The translations under genes and the position numbers were made by a program. Positions 1 through 13,577 of a stretch of DNA of 64,000 nt are shown in pieces; the stretch's first letter is position 1; every line of letters begins with the position of its first letter. The stretch is from the human T2T-CHM13v2.0 reference genome, Homo sapiens. The stretch is taken from assembly GCF_009914755.1 (NCBI RefSeq), contig NC_060942.1. One strand, written 5' to 3'. Below the pieces are notes generated by a model, which made no database searches, was not told the origin of the DNA, and saw nothing but the letters and a program-made list of their open reading frames with translations.

Positions 1-130
1 CTGGAACATTCTGCGTTCCCATTTCTTTATAAAACAATCGTAATTCATGAGGTTGTCACAAAAATTTAAATAAGTGAATATATGTAGTTGCTTAGAACAT
101 CACTTGGCACATATCCAGCACTTCATTTGC
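1..130 (+). mobile_element. MIR SINE 3' fragment (cut by window edge)
   Basis: Degenerate MIR 3' motifs (TCATGAGGTTGT..., GCTTAGAACA...TGGCACAT). Confidence 0.5.
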
Positions 131-551
131 TCCTAATATTAATGTGCCAAGGACTGGAATGTATGAATGTGGAGTTGAGAATGCCAGCAGTACTAAGCAT
201 TTTTATGTATGTAAGCCAGGATATATGAAAGAACATTAAGAAATCCTTAGAGAGAAACAAGCCTATGGAAAATGAGTGAAAGAAAATCACTGAAAAGTGT
301 TAACCAAAAAGTGTAAATTGATATCATTCCATTGAGAAACACGAACATTTTTGGAGGTGATGGATTTAGAGTCATTATACTGTAGAAGACTGGACCACAA
401 AGGCAGCTGAGCATCAACCATCAATTTTGGGGTGAATCTTGCTGAATCATTGGAGCCATTGTCTGAGCTGTTTATACACATGCCCCCTGTCCTTTTATGG
501 AACTGGAGGTGTGCACCATGCTCCAAGATGGATGTTCATCTACATTTGGAT

Positions 552-999
552 TTTGAAAGGAAAATAAATCTTAGGGCACCAAAATCACCAAGCTAAAGGG
601 AAAGTCAAGCTGAGAATTTCTTAGGGCAAACCTGCCTCTCATTCTATTCAAAATCATCCCTCTGCTCAGAGAGCTAGATGCATATCTGATTGCCTCTTTT
701 GGAAGGCCAATCAGAAACTCAAAAGAATACAATCATTTGTCTCTCACCTACCTGTGACCTGGAAACCTCCTACCCGCTTTGAATTGTCTCACCTTTCTGG
801 ACAGAACCAATGTACATCTTACATATATTGATTGATGTCTTATGTCTCCCCAAAATGTGTAAAACCAAGCTGTGCCCTGATCACCTTGGGCACATGTTGT
901 CAGGACTTCCTGAAGCTGTGTCATGGGCATGCACTCTCAACCTTGGCAAAATAAAAATTTTAAATTAACTGAGACTGTCTCAGATATTCGGGGTTCACA
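552..999 (+). mobile_element. 5' LTR, MER4A1
   Basis: Starts TTTGAAAGGAAAATAAATCTT, ends GGGGTTCACA, with AATAAA near the end; matches recalled MER4A1 consensus. Confidence 0.88.
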
Positions 1000-3900
1000 T
1001 TTGGTAACAACAGAGGGATTCTGAGTGGAGATGCCCCTGACCTTTGACTAATCTCTTATTGATGCTTGGTACCAACATGAGCTAACTTTATGGCTCAAAC
1101 CAATAGCATAATTTACTGAGGCCTGAGAGCACCTCCCTCCAGGGAATCCTTAAGCTTCCCAAATTTGGTTGAGATCTAAAATTTATTTTGCTGTACAACT
1201 CCTCTTTTTTTTGGAGTTTTACTTGCTTCCAACACAAGAAGGGCACGTTTTTCCTGCTTCTATGACAATGAAAGGCAGGTAACTCCTTTTCCTTTATGAA
1301 ATTTGAGCTCACTTCCAACAGAGAAGATGAGTTGTTGTTGTTGCTTTTTTTCCTGCTTCTAGGATGACAGAGAGTAGTCTTCAGCCTGAGACCAATCCCT
1401 AGCTGAATTGGGGTTTGTCTTGGCTAAAGTAACTGAATTGGGGTTTGTCTTGGCTAACTTGAAGATTAACAACCAGCTGGTCTTATTTTCTCCTTACTAT
1501 TAGAATGCTCAGTAATCATGTAAGTTGTGTGATCATTTGTTTGTTTTGCTTAACTGGTTCTTTTTGTTGTTTGTTTGTGTCTGTTTTTGTTGTTTCAGTG
1601 TTTTTCCCATTGGATTTGATCAACTCTATCCAACTTGATCAAATTGAAGGAAAGTTCCAAATTATGGGGAGCAAGGCCTCTGAAGTGGCTAAATTCCCAC
1701 TTACACAAAAATGGTGGTGTGGTGGGGGAGAAAAATGGCCAGCAAAAGAAAGAAAAAAAAAAAAGGGAAAGATTTTTTATTTTGACTACTTAAGGGGTTT
1801 TATTTATATAACAAGGCCACCTGTTTGCTAGCTAGGCCTAACTGAAAAAGCAATGGCTGTCACCCCATGCTGCAGTTTCATAGCTAAGGTTCTGCTTTCT
1901 TTTTTTCACCATGACAACCTGGCTTTGGTTCCTAAATCAAGCTCTTTCTTGTTTGATACTTGGTACTTCTGAAATAGCAGCAGTTTGTCCTAGCTGAAAT
2001 ATAGTAATGAGATTTAAAAAGATTTGTTTAAAGGAACTCAATGGTTAAAAGTCAGCTTAATTTAAAGCTAACATCCAAGATGTGCATGTGTATGTGTGTG
2101 TGCTTGTATTTAAAGGGCTTTCATGTGTATTTTTTTTTTCTCACCTAGGACCTTGTCCTTTTTTGAGCAAAAGTTTTTTTCTTTTCAGTTGACAGAATTC
2201 TGTTTTTTTCATTTACTTCTTCTGTCACTCCTTTCTCTTGCATCCTCTGCTGCATGAGGGACCTAAAATAGTTTATAATAGCATGGAGTTCCTTAAAGAA
2301 AATGGAGAAGGCACCAGGCTCCCTTATGGGGAGAAACCTCTGTTTTTCCTTATGGAACCCCAAGAGTGTAAATAGACAAGCTTGTCTCAGCTCTTAAACT
2401 GTTTGCTTTTGTATTGTGTTACCTGACTTTTTTTTTTTTTGACTAAAATGTTATTCCAACAGAGACTATTCTTGTCTTTTTAAGGAAAAGTGTAGTTTTG
2501 ACACTTAGAAATGTCTTTGTTTAAGAAAATTTTTAAAAGTGCACTGTAAAAGCATCACGTGGTCTAGTCTCATACTAATTCTCCCTCTTTAGAGACCCAG
2601 GATTTAGGGTGGGCTCTGCCCAGAGCCCAGAGATCCGGTTAAAATATAGGTAGTCCCTATCTAAATAAAATTGGTCTCCTTATACAATCCTATGATAGAT
2701 TTCTATAATTTTATGTTTAATTGGCATCCATCTTTAATCTCCCTCTAGCACCACCAGACTTTTTATCTTTGTACCTTGAGATATAAATTTTGCTATCTGA
2801 TTTTTCACCTAAGAGTTTTTTGCTTCAGTGTGCAGATTTAGGGCTATTTAGCTGACAACTGCCAGGATAATGAAATAGGTTATCAAGTGTTTGCAAGTCT
2901 AAGATAGGAAAAAAAAGGAGGTCTTATGAATCTATAAGATGCACTTTTATCAGTATGCCTAATACATCTATATATTTATGTGTCGTGTACACAGTGTTTC
3001 ACTACTAAAAATATATAAAAGAGCTCTAATTAATTAGCTTAAAGAAAAGTAAAAGCATTTAAATCAAATACTTTATCAGAAAAAAGGAAAGACTGGTCAA
3101 ATCCTTTTTCAAGTTTATGTGACTAAGTAAACTCTTTAATAAATAAGATAGCTTAAAAATTATCAGCCAAGTAATATTAAAAATGTCTTAATTGCCAGCA
3201 TACAATTTTTGTATTTATTTATTGATCAAGCAATTTCACACTTATCCCTGCGAAATACTACAAGGTGTCAAAATCTGGCATAGCGGTTACAAAACTATAA
3301 ACCCAGCCCAAAACAGAAGGATCTTTGCTTGTGTAATTTTTAATAAATAAGACAATGATATTGGCCTAATGAAAACAGCTAAATCTTGAATTGTTTAGCA
3401 AAATAACCATAACTTCTAATCTTGTGGCTTTAGACAGTCTAGTCCTCAGGCAGGAAGGGGGTTTGTTTTGGGAAAGGACTGTTATCATCTTTGTTATAAG
3501 CTAACCTATAAACTAAGTTTTTCCTAAAGTTAGTTCATTATTTGGTTATTTTCCAATAAAAATATATTGTAGGAAAACATTCTTTCTTAAAAAAGCATCC
3601 TTTTTAAAAAGGTGCATAATTTTTTCTAATTCAAAGCTTATTTAAAGGTTATATGTAAAACAAAGTAAAAGGAACCAGGAAATAAGAGAGATGTAAAGAA
3701 AGTTATAGAAGTAAAGAGGTAGTTTTTGGTGAGAAAGCTTAAAGAGAAATCATTTTATACAAGAAAGAATCTTGTATGATAAATTTAGCCCTAGAATAAA
3801 ATGACTGTTTATTTAAGAAAGAGATGTTCAGGACAGACCAGAAAGTTAAAGCATGTCATGAATGGTCTGTATAAGTCACAATAAGAGGATTTATTTTTTT

Positions 3901-4377
3901 TTAAAAAAATCAAACACTTTTATATGATCAAGTTGTCTATAATTAAAGGGAAATTATAATGGTCTTCCCAGAGATTGGGTTTCAAGTTAAAAAAAAACCA
4001 CTTATACACTAAAGAATTGATTAAAACAATTAAATTTTCTTAAGGGGTTGATTTAATAAATTGTGATATTTTAATTTTTTTTAACCCAAAGTTCAACTTT
4101 TATTGCATCTCATTGTTTTCAGTTTTCTGTCCCCTTTTAAAAGGTGCAAAATAGTAACACTCTCCTTCAACTCATTTTCAGCTCATGTAAGTTTTTTTCC
4201 TCAGGTTCTGTTTGTCTGAAGGAAATGTTTTCTTCCAACATAATATTCTGTACACTGCAGAAGATGTTTTCTTTTGCCTTTTTTAACTGGCCTAACAGAT
4301 TTTGCATTTTATTGAAATCATTTCTGTGCCATTATTATTCAGTTTTAGTTTACTTATAAAAAAACTGAGATTAAAAA

Positions 4378-4683
4378 TTTTATTTTTATTTATTTATTTT
4401 TTGAGATGGAATCTCATTCTGTCACCCAGGCTGGAGTGCAATGGCAAGATCTTGGCTCACTGAAACCTCTGCCTCCTGGATTCAAGTGATTCTCCTGCCT
4501 TAGCCTCCACAGTAACTGGGATTACAGGTACACACCACCACACTGGCTAATTTTTGTATTTTTAGTATAGACAGGGTTTCACCATGTTGGCCACGCTGGT
4601 ATCAAACTCCTGACCTCGTGTGATCTGCTTGCCTAGGCCTCTCAAAGTGCTGAGATTACAGGTGTGAGCCACCACACCCAGCC
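4378..4683 (-). mobile_element. AluS inserted in MER4-int
   Basis: T-rich tail, then GAGATGGAATCTCATTCTGTCACCCAGGCTGGAGTGCA through GTGAGCCACCACACCCAGCC. Confidence 0.95.
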
Positions 4684-7299
4684 AAAACACTTTTTTTCTT
4701 TTAAATTAAGGTTACTACATTTGTATATCTTTCTGTGTATGCTTTTAAAGTTTTTGTGACATTGAGTTACAAGGCTTTGACTCCTGTATCTAAAAAGGAC
4801 ACCAAGTCCTGCTAAATCTTAAGCATTGATAGCGATTAATGCCTCATCTTTAGGCCTGATAGAAGATGCCAATCAAAGTAAAATGTGTTCCTGAGACACA
4901 GGGTCAGAAATTAAAGCTATTTCAACTCCTTGAGACCCAGGGACTACTGTGGAAGAGGTAGGCATGTGAGATTGTAAGGGTTGACTTTGAGAGATAAAAT
5001 AAGTTCAGATTCTCTATAAATTAACCATAAATGTCAAAGGCACACTGATGTAAGACCAGCATATGGGCCCCTGTGGCAGATTAACAAGGTTTTCTTAAAG
5101 CACTAACTGACTCCTTAATAAAGGTTATAAAGGTTATAAAAGGCCTATGGAAGTTATATCTTATGGTTAAGATTAAAATTTTATAGATCGTTTATAACAT
5201 TCTGAAAAACAAATTTAATTGGCTTAATGCGATTTTATTAGGACTTATTGTTTGGAAATTTGTCTCCTCTCTGAAAGAATGAAGGTTTTCACCTTTTTTG
5301 GAAATCCTTGAGTTATCACTTTGGTTAAATGAATGACTTATTTGACAATGACCTGTGATCCTATTTTGTGATATCAAGTGTTTTATACCTTTGGTATTTG
5401 ACAAACTTTTGAAAATCAAATTATAAATTATGTCTCTTTCTGACCTAGTTAATTCTTTAAAATATGAGGTTCTCTAAAATCCAAAAATGACATATTTGGC
5501 TTATTTGGTATAAAAATTATACAGGAAGCGTTGTCAAATAGGAAATGGTGTTTGGCTTTCTTTGGGCTGTATTTGTATAAATATGTTATTGGTATGTGTT
5601 CCAAAATTATGAGAAACTCCTATAATTCTGATATGACTTAGTATATATTATCAGCAATAATTATAATTGTTGTGTAAGATAATATATGTTAAATTATTGT
5701 GTATTACAGAGGTAAGAAATTTCCTTGTCTATTGTGTCTTTGGCTATAGCTGCCCTAAAACTTTTTGTCATCCATGGACAATTATTGTCTTGTTTTGGCC
5801 CTCTTTAGAAAGTGGTTTTATAATCAGCTATAAAGCTCTAACAGGTATTCTTGAATGCAGATTTCTGATAACTTTGGAGATTGTGACAGCAGAATAGAGG
5901 GAAAACTTTCTGTAATCATGGAGAGCCGAAATATTCATGAATATCAAGCACAACAGGAATTAACTGCATAGACTGAACTAGTAGAAGACTGAAGTAATCC
6001 TTTTGACTTTTTGCTTAAAATGTGGCTGATCCTTTGTTTCATTTTTCTGAGTCAAGGAAACTTTTCTTTTGAGGTATTGACAGGTTTTAATAATTAAATA
6101 CACTGTACTTCTATGAAAGAAATTTGGAGCATATTTGTTTCTCTCTATCTGATTTCTTCAGAATTTAGAAAATATGTGTGAGTGTTCTTAACTTATGGAA
6201 ATACAGTTATTTACATAAGTGCAATAAGAATCTGTTTTCATTTGTAACAGACACAATTAGAGAAACTAATTATTTTACCAAGGCTTTCACTGGAATAGTG
6301 TGCTTTCCTTTAAGGAATCAAACTTTACTTACAGAGCCAATGAAAGCCCCTTGGGAAAACTGGCCTCATACCTTGTTTTCACTGTCCTGGTACAGGGTTC
6401 CTGACATGGGATAAGTAAAGAATATCACTTTCTGACAGGCCAAGGAGCCCCAAGTCATCTTGTGACCTCAAGAAGAAAGGAATTCACCCAACTTATAGGT
6501 ATTTGATGGTACAAATCCACGGCTGGGCTCAGCTTTAAAAAAGTCTTATCTGAGACTCCTTCTATAGAACAAAGTTCCATCAAAACCAATTTAAAAAGCC
6601 CATGTGAAAAATAATTATTCTTTCTGCACCTTATAGAAGTAATCTAGCCAAGTATAATAAAGCAAATTGGTACTACCATAATTTGACTTTAAAATGGGAA
6701 ATTGGAGAGAAAAAAATATGTTTCAAAACTACAGTATACCTTTTGTTGATTCTAGTCTTGCCTAATATTTTTCAATTTTTATTATTTTCTGTAGTTTGGA
6801 TTGAACTCTAATTTTCCCTGGCTACAAGTCTCCAAAATAATGTTTTCAATTTTTTTCTTCCTTTTTCTTCTTTTCCTTTTCCCCTCAATTTTTCCTAATT
6901 TGAAATCACTGAAAACTAAGTTGTGTTTTCTTAAAGCCATGTGAACTGAAACTAGACAACTTAGCTTCAGAAGACAATAATAGCAACCTGTTTACATACA
7001 TAAGCCAACTCTCATACCTGCCTACTGATGTATGGACTTCAGAGTAATGTGGCCTATATCGATTTTCCAGGATTATTCTTTTGTTTGTTGTTGTTTTTCT
7101 TCCTTTCCCTGCTTATTTTCTCTTCATGGGACATAAGGCTTCACAACCTGCTAAAAATGAGTTTTCCTAATAACTCGGGCCCTACCTATCTGGGAAAAAA
7201 CTGTCCTAGCCATGAGAGATTAGATGAAACCTGAGACCAGAGACTCCTTTTCTTCTAAAATGCTTTTTCCAAAAGATTGTAAAAAGAAAAGGAGGGAAA

Positions 7300-7755
7300 T
7301 GTGAAAGGAAAATAAATCTTGGGGCCTCCAACTCACTAAGCTAAAGGGAAAAGTCAAGCTGGGAACTGCTTAGGGCAAACCTTCCTCCCATTCTACTCAA
7401 AGTCACCCCCCAGCTCACTGAGATAGACACATATCTGATTGACTCTTTTGGAAAGGTTAATCAGAAACTCAAAAGAATGCAACCATTTGTCTCTCACCTA
7501 CCTGTGACCTGGAAGCCCCCTCCTTGCTTCGAGTTGTCCCACCTTCTGGACAGAACCAACATACATCTTACATATATTGACTGATGTCTCATATTTCCCT
7601 AAAATGTATAAAACCAAGCTGTACCCTGACCACCTTGGGCACATGTCATCAGGACCTCCTGTGGCTGTGTCACAAGGCTGAGGATGTGCATCCTCAACCT
7701 TGGCAAAATAAACTTTCTAAATTAACTGAGACCTGTCTCATATTTGGGGCTCACG
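7300..7755 (+). mobile_element. 3' LTR, MER4A1
   Basis: TGTGAAAGGAAAATAAATCTTGGGG...GGGGCTCACG; direct repeat of 552-999. Confidence 0.88.
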
Positions 7756-8261
7756 GAGTAGGCATTTATACATATTTATAAATCTTTCTCTTCTCTTTTG
7801 TTTTTTTGTAAGTCAATCCAGCTTTGAAAATGTAGGACCTCAAAGGTTAAAGTGTGATTAAAGTTAGGGAATGTAACAAACAAGAGACCCTTGATTTAAG
7901 AGAGGCCCTTAAAACAAGGTCAGCTCCCTTCAGGACTATTTGCTGGACTCTAAGAACAAAACACTGCTCAGGGTTGGAATAAACATGATTTCAAATGGGA
8001 GAACACCTCTTCAGAGAACAGCATTGTTTGCCAGTGGGAAAGATCAGATACATAGATATTCCTCCTCCTTCGGTTTCAGGTAGTTTACTCAAAAACTGAT
8101 AATCTGATGACCTTTACTTTCACAACATAATAATTTATGTACCCCAATGCATACCAAGTCCATTGTCACATATGATCTTTCTAGATTTCCCTTGGCCCTG
8201 TCAATGTGGTATACTAACCCAGGTTCCCCAAACTGCCAATCACACCAATTTGTCAACATGG

Positions 8262-8464
8262 ACTATGGTTAGAAGAAGCCCATCAGTTCTGGACTATCAG
8301 GGTCTAAATCCTGCCTGTTCCATTTCCTACCTGTTCTGTCTTGGCCAAGTTGATGTCATTTTAAAACGTGGATGGTAATAATACCAATCCATTAAATTTT
8401 TTGAGGATTAAATGACTTAATACATTACCTGGCAGATAATAAGTGCTCAACAAAATTAGCTATT
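8262..8464 (+). mobile_element. MIR SINE
   Basis: GAGGATTAAATGA...CCTGGCAGATAATAAGTGCTCAACAAAATTAGCTATT resembles the MIR 3' end. Confidence 0.65.
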
Positions 8465-8944
8465 GTTTATCAAAGACTGTCAGGGAATTGAGGCTTATGA
8501 GCTGAGAAACTTTTCTTTGTTCAAGAATTCCCCCTTCTGCCTTCCATAAATATTCTTGCATATCAAAGGTAATATTTGAGGTCAATTTTTAGAAGATTTT
8601 AGTCTAGCTAAACCCAAGTTCTATATAAAGTTGAGTCAATTCAGGATTCTGCTGGGTTTCAGAGCTGATTCAAAACACCATTTCCCCTTGGAAGCCTCTC
8701 CGGCTATTCCACATTGTGTGGTGAGGTCCCATTCTGGTTGCCCACTGCCCATTGGCCTAAGCTTTACATGTTGCCAGTTCATTTACATGATATTTTATAT
8801 TGCTTTTTCTTCATTGCATCTGAATAAATCTTTTATTCTAGATTATTGAAGGCAATATATACTCAGATTGGTTTTTTAAAAAATAATGAACGAATTTATT
8901 TCTTTGTGTAATCCAAGGTTGGCATATAAAGGGAAGATTGTGTG

Positions 8945-9117
8945 GTGTGATTTTTAAAAATGTCTAAGTGTTGAAGTCAACTTGCCTGCATTTTAGGCTT
9001 GGGTCCTTTCCTTATTTGCTCTGCGATCCTGTACAGGCTCTCTAAACTCTCTGAACCTTGATTTCTTCATCAATCATATGAGAATCATTGAGAGGCATTA
9101 AGTGGTATAAAGTACAT
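8945..9117 (+). mobile_element. MIR SINE (degenerate)
   Basis: Core-like CTCTGCGATCCTGTACAGGCTCTCTAAACTCTCTGAACCTTGATTTCTTCATC. Confidence 0.5.
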
Positions 9118-9265
9118 GCCGAATTGCCTGAGCCAAAGGAGGTACTATCCCTTCTCTCTGTCAGTTAGAAAACTCTAAGCTCCATCCACCCCTTTGGTCC
9201 TTAATCAATTGACAGAACGACCTAGTGATCAGTTAGTTTCTGATACCTTTTTGAACTAGCCTTGA

Positions 9266-9577
<312 letters not shown>

Positions 9578-9611
9578 TGGTTGGATTCTTAAGATCTTCT
9601 TTTCCTTTTTT

Positions 9612-9860
9612 GAATTTCAACTTTTATTTCAGATTTGGTGGATACATGTGCAGGTTTGTTACACAGGTGTCTTGCATGATGCTAGGGTTTGGAATACAAT
9701 TGATCCCATCACCAGGTAGTGAGCATAGTATCCAATAGATATTTTTTCAATTCTTGCCCTCCTACCTCTCTCCCAGTAGTCACCAGTGTCTACTGTTGCC
9801 ACATTTATGTCCATGAGTACCCAATATTTAGTTCCCACTTCTAAGTGAGAACATGGTGTG
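9612..9860 (-). mobile_element. L1PB/late L1PA 3' end fragment
   Basis: TACATGTGCAGGTTTGTTAC...GATCCCATCACCAGGTAGTGAGCATAGTA...TAAGTGAGAACATG. Confidence 0.85.
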
Positions 9861-9911
9861 TGTATATATATATAAAAACTCCTCATCTGTCTATCAGAAA
9901 ACATCTCTGAG

Positions 9912-10120
9912 CAGGGGTTCTTAACCTTGGGCACACACACAGACTTCAGGCTTCTGTGAGCTCCCCAGATTAGAAGCCAAATCACATGCCTATGCATTTC
10001 TTCAGGGGAGAAGTTGACCTACAGCTTTCATTTTATGTATATACCAGAACCCTCTTTCCCACTTTCCCTCTCAGCAAAAAACAAACCAACAAACCAAAAT
10101 GAAAACCTTAAGAACCATAT
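9912..10120. mobile_element. hAT-Charlie-type MER DNA transposon relic
   Basis: CAGGGGTTCTTAACC at the left and an imperfect inverted copy TTAAGAACCA at the right. Confidence 0.55.
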
Positions 10121-12041
10121 CTCGATGCTCCAGGTCAATTTCCACCCCAGCCATCAGGGCCTAGCTTTCTATAATAGCCATCCGGATGGAGCTGTGCCTA
10201 CTAGCCTATCCCTTCATGGACCAATATTCTCCCACAATCTCACCAGTTTTTATGTCAACATGTGGTTCTTCTTTGCCAGGCACAGTTGTATGTCATGGAC
10301 AGGCACAGAACATGCAGACATGGCTCATCCAGCCTATCTTCGACTGTTCTTCCAGCTGACTTAGGCTCCTGCTGAGCACCTGTCTTGGAGAAACCCTGCT
10401 ATGGGCCCTGTGTGGGCCCTACTAGGTGTCCAAAGATGGCAGTCCATCAGGCCTTCTCTGGTTGAAAGTTTTCTGCCAAGATTCCCATCAGGAGTTCTAT
10501 TTTGCATGGGGACATCATGGAAAGTCTCCACAGGGGTCAAACCATCTTTCTTGGGGGAAGGTCTGAGCCCTTTTCACAGCTTGGTTATTCTCCCTCTGAG
10601 AAACATGGCCACACTACAGCCCCTTTGGGCACTGAGCCTAATCTACAGTAGGAGTTTCCTTCCTTCTTAGCAGGGAGCACAGTCTAAGCAAACAGGCTCC
10701 CTGGGGAATGATGGATAGAACTGTATGCTGCCCTCTACTCATAGCTCCCTTAATTCCACTTTCCCTGCCCCCTAAGCTTGTGGGATAGGAGCCACATGGA
10801 CCTATAATCATTTAATTACCTTGTTTCCTAAGCTCTTCTCTTTATAGGGAAACATCAAATAACACCCCTACCCCCAACCATGCCTGATTCTTTATTTATG
10901 AAGATCCTGGTTCTCCTCTAATGTGCTTCTACACTGTCCCAGGCTTTGGAATGTTTATAAATGGCTCAGTGCATTTGCTGACAATGCCTTCATGCATGTG
11001 TTCTTCCTCTTGGCAGACCCTCTCTGACACAGCCTTTAGACCCAACTAGTTTCATGTTGCGTGGTACTTGCGGGGAGGGCAGTAGGAGACTGGTGTAGCC
11101 AAGTGACTCTATCTGATGGCTTCTGTGATCTCTAAGCTCACCCAAGTCTTTACTTCCTTAGTCCTTTTTTGTCTTTCAGTCCCATGATGAAAGCTTTCCT
11201 GGAGAAGTCCAGCTTTGATACCTGCACTGCTGACGTCTACTCTGCTGGGAAAAATGGCACACTGAGTCTGGAGATAGTGAAGTGCCTTTTGTATTCACTC
11301 CCATCCCTCTAACTGCTCTGTTCTCCTGCCCAGTTGCTTACTCAATATGAGGAGCATAGCAGCGCTAGGCTCTGGAAGAGAGTAGGCAAATATGGCAATA
11401 GAAAATGCTAACAGCAGCAGATGGCAGGACAAGTTTCCTTTAGATTCACATGAGCAGTTGTTTTTTTCTGGTGGGCTTTTATTATTAAATTTATTTTCAT
11501 CATTTGGCTAGATAAGCCTATCTTTGTACTTAGTTATGGTGTGCCGGAATCATCTTGCTTTTAATATTTGAAAAAAAGAGCTGTATATCATACCAATTAT
11601 AAATACAACTACATGGCCTCATGTGTAATTGTCAACTCAGTTACATGGATTGTAGCCTTTGTGTTTGGAGGGAGTGAATGCTCACTTTATCCTAAAGAGT
11701 TGATAGAAGCCTAAAAGCTTAGAAACTTACAAGAAATAATCACTTGTATGGCTTTTCTTCAGGGGCCAAAAAATATTGGAACTTTACTTGATTTCAAACA
11801 TATTATCCTTATCTAAGGCCTGGAGGTCCTGGATCTAAGCCCTATTTTACAAGTATTCAAAGCTGGCACTCTTTTCTTAATGCCATCACTTCTACCCTTG
11901 CAGATTTTTAATTTTTTATTTCTAACTTTCAATAAGAGGAAGCAAAGGTCAGCAGGTTCTTTGGAAATTAAATTTAAATGATTATTACACCTTAAACCTG
12001 CCCTCCTGCCCCCCCAAGGAAGAATTCTTCACCCCCATGTT

Positions 12042-12060
12042 AGCAGCAGCAGCAGCAGCA
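12042..12060 (+). repeat. (AGC)6 trinucleotide microsatellite
   Basis: AGCAGCAGCAGCAGCAGCA read directly. Confidence 0.9.
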
Positions 12061-13577
12061 TCTCCATTATTGCTCATCTTCCTTCTCTGTAGCTCTTGCC
12101 ATCAGTGTTGATTAATTTCATAAGTAGCAGAAATGACATAATACAATATATTTCTGACAATTCCAGACCAGGAATCCTAGACTCATAAAATTCCAAGGAT
12201 ACAAAGGAACACCAGGAGGTCATCTAACCCAATCCTCTGCTTTCCAGGAAAGAAGTGTTCAAACCATACAGAATGAATTTATTTTCCAGCAAAATATCCT
12301 TTGTGATGAGAGGGATAGTGAAAGAATAATGGACATAAACAGGAAGTTAAAATGAAATGACTCTTCTCTTTTCACAGGATCTCTAGTTAGTAGTAAAGGA
12401 CCATGAGTGCTGGGGAAAAAGGCCATCATAGATAATTTTGTGAACCCAGTGATAATCTTTCTATTGAAGAGAGATGTGCCGTGAACCTGATTATTTTTCA
12501 AAGAACTGTCATTTTCCCAAGAGCTGGCATTTTCAGCCTCTTGAAGAGCACCAACCACTGTTATCACAGCTCAAACTTGAGCAATCAATCAGGGGTTTGA
12601 AACATTAAACTGGAATATATAATTTCAACAGGGATAATTTTAGCAAAATTCATCCTGAGCTAAAACAGCTTTAGTTAGCCCAGCTTCAACAAGGGGGCCA
12701 TTGCCTGGCTTTTCTTGGCACTGGCAGCCCCTCCCTGCACTCACCCCACCTCCTCTACAGCCAGAGGAAAGGACACAGCAGGCCATGGGTTTATAATAAG
12801 ATTTGGAGGGGCTGAGCTTGGCTGATTTACCAGGAGGTAGGTTGATGCCCAAGACGGTGCCCACTGGGAAGCTGCAAGTTGTGAGTAGGGGGATAACAGC
12901 TTGAGAAGTACCATTAAATGTCTTCCCATACATTTGCCCACAGTAGAATTTTTCTTCCACAGAAAACACTTTGACATTCTATTGGAATGGAAAGCAAGAG
13001 TTTATAAGCATTTTACAATGTCAGGATTTTTACTAGTCAATCTACAAATAGGTAGCATTTTGCCTCTTTGCTCTTCCCTCTCCTGCTTGCACACTATGTT
13101 CCTGAGGACTTTTCCTCTCTCTGGCAAGAGGCTACCAAAGAAGCTGGCTCAGCCCCTCCCAATACTCCAGATTCAACAGGCAGCTGTAGTCAGACTCAGT
13201 CAAACCAAAGAACTTGCTTAATTGGTGATTTCTGCTGATGTCAGTGGTGGTGGTGATAAGGATAATATTGGGAATAATGATGATGCTAGATGACAAAGGT
13301 CATGGGTTTGAAGGAAGAGTGGTGTTTTTGCTGGTTTTAAAGTTTCTACACACTTAATTACAATTTAGGATTTTCATGCTGAGTGTGAATCAGGGTTCAG
13401 TTAAACAAATCAGGATTGTTAGGTAATGACAGGAGACAATGGGTAGAAGTCATCTGAAGCACCTTGAGAGAAAGAGGGCTGAGGAAGTAAAGCAGTTTAT
13501 GCAATATCCACTATGCGCCAAGCTTGCTTATTCTTGCTCTCTCCCTCTCACCACTCTGTATAGGGTTATATAGGCAA

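Larger units (their letters stand above)
552..7755 (+). mobile_element. MER4-group ERV1 provirus (MER4A1 LTR - MER4-int - MER4A1 LTR), non-coding
   Basis: Two ~450-bp direct repeats bound the element. A TGG-starting PBS-like sequence follows the 5' LTR (~1002) and a polypurine tract (AAAAAGAAAAGGAGGGAAA) precedes the 3' LTR. The interior is AT-rich with no long ORF. Confidence 0.9.

Noticed and set aside
1403-1457. 30-bp tandem duplication in MER4-int
   Set aside because: A real but trivial slippage event within a dead ERV.
12042-12060. CAG-type repeat as a polyglutamine exon
   Set aside because: Only six units and not within an ORF or a supported exon.
10996-12480. Several acceptor-like polypyrimidine-AG sites (~11017, ~11179, ~12377)
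   Set aside because: No matching strong donors or coding frames; such motifs are common by chance.
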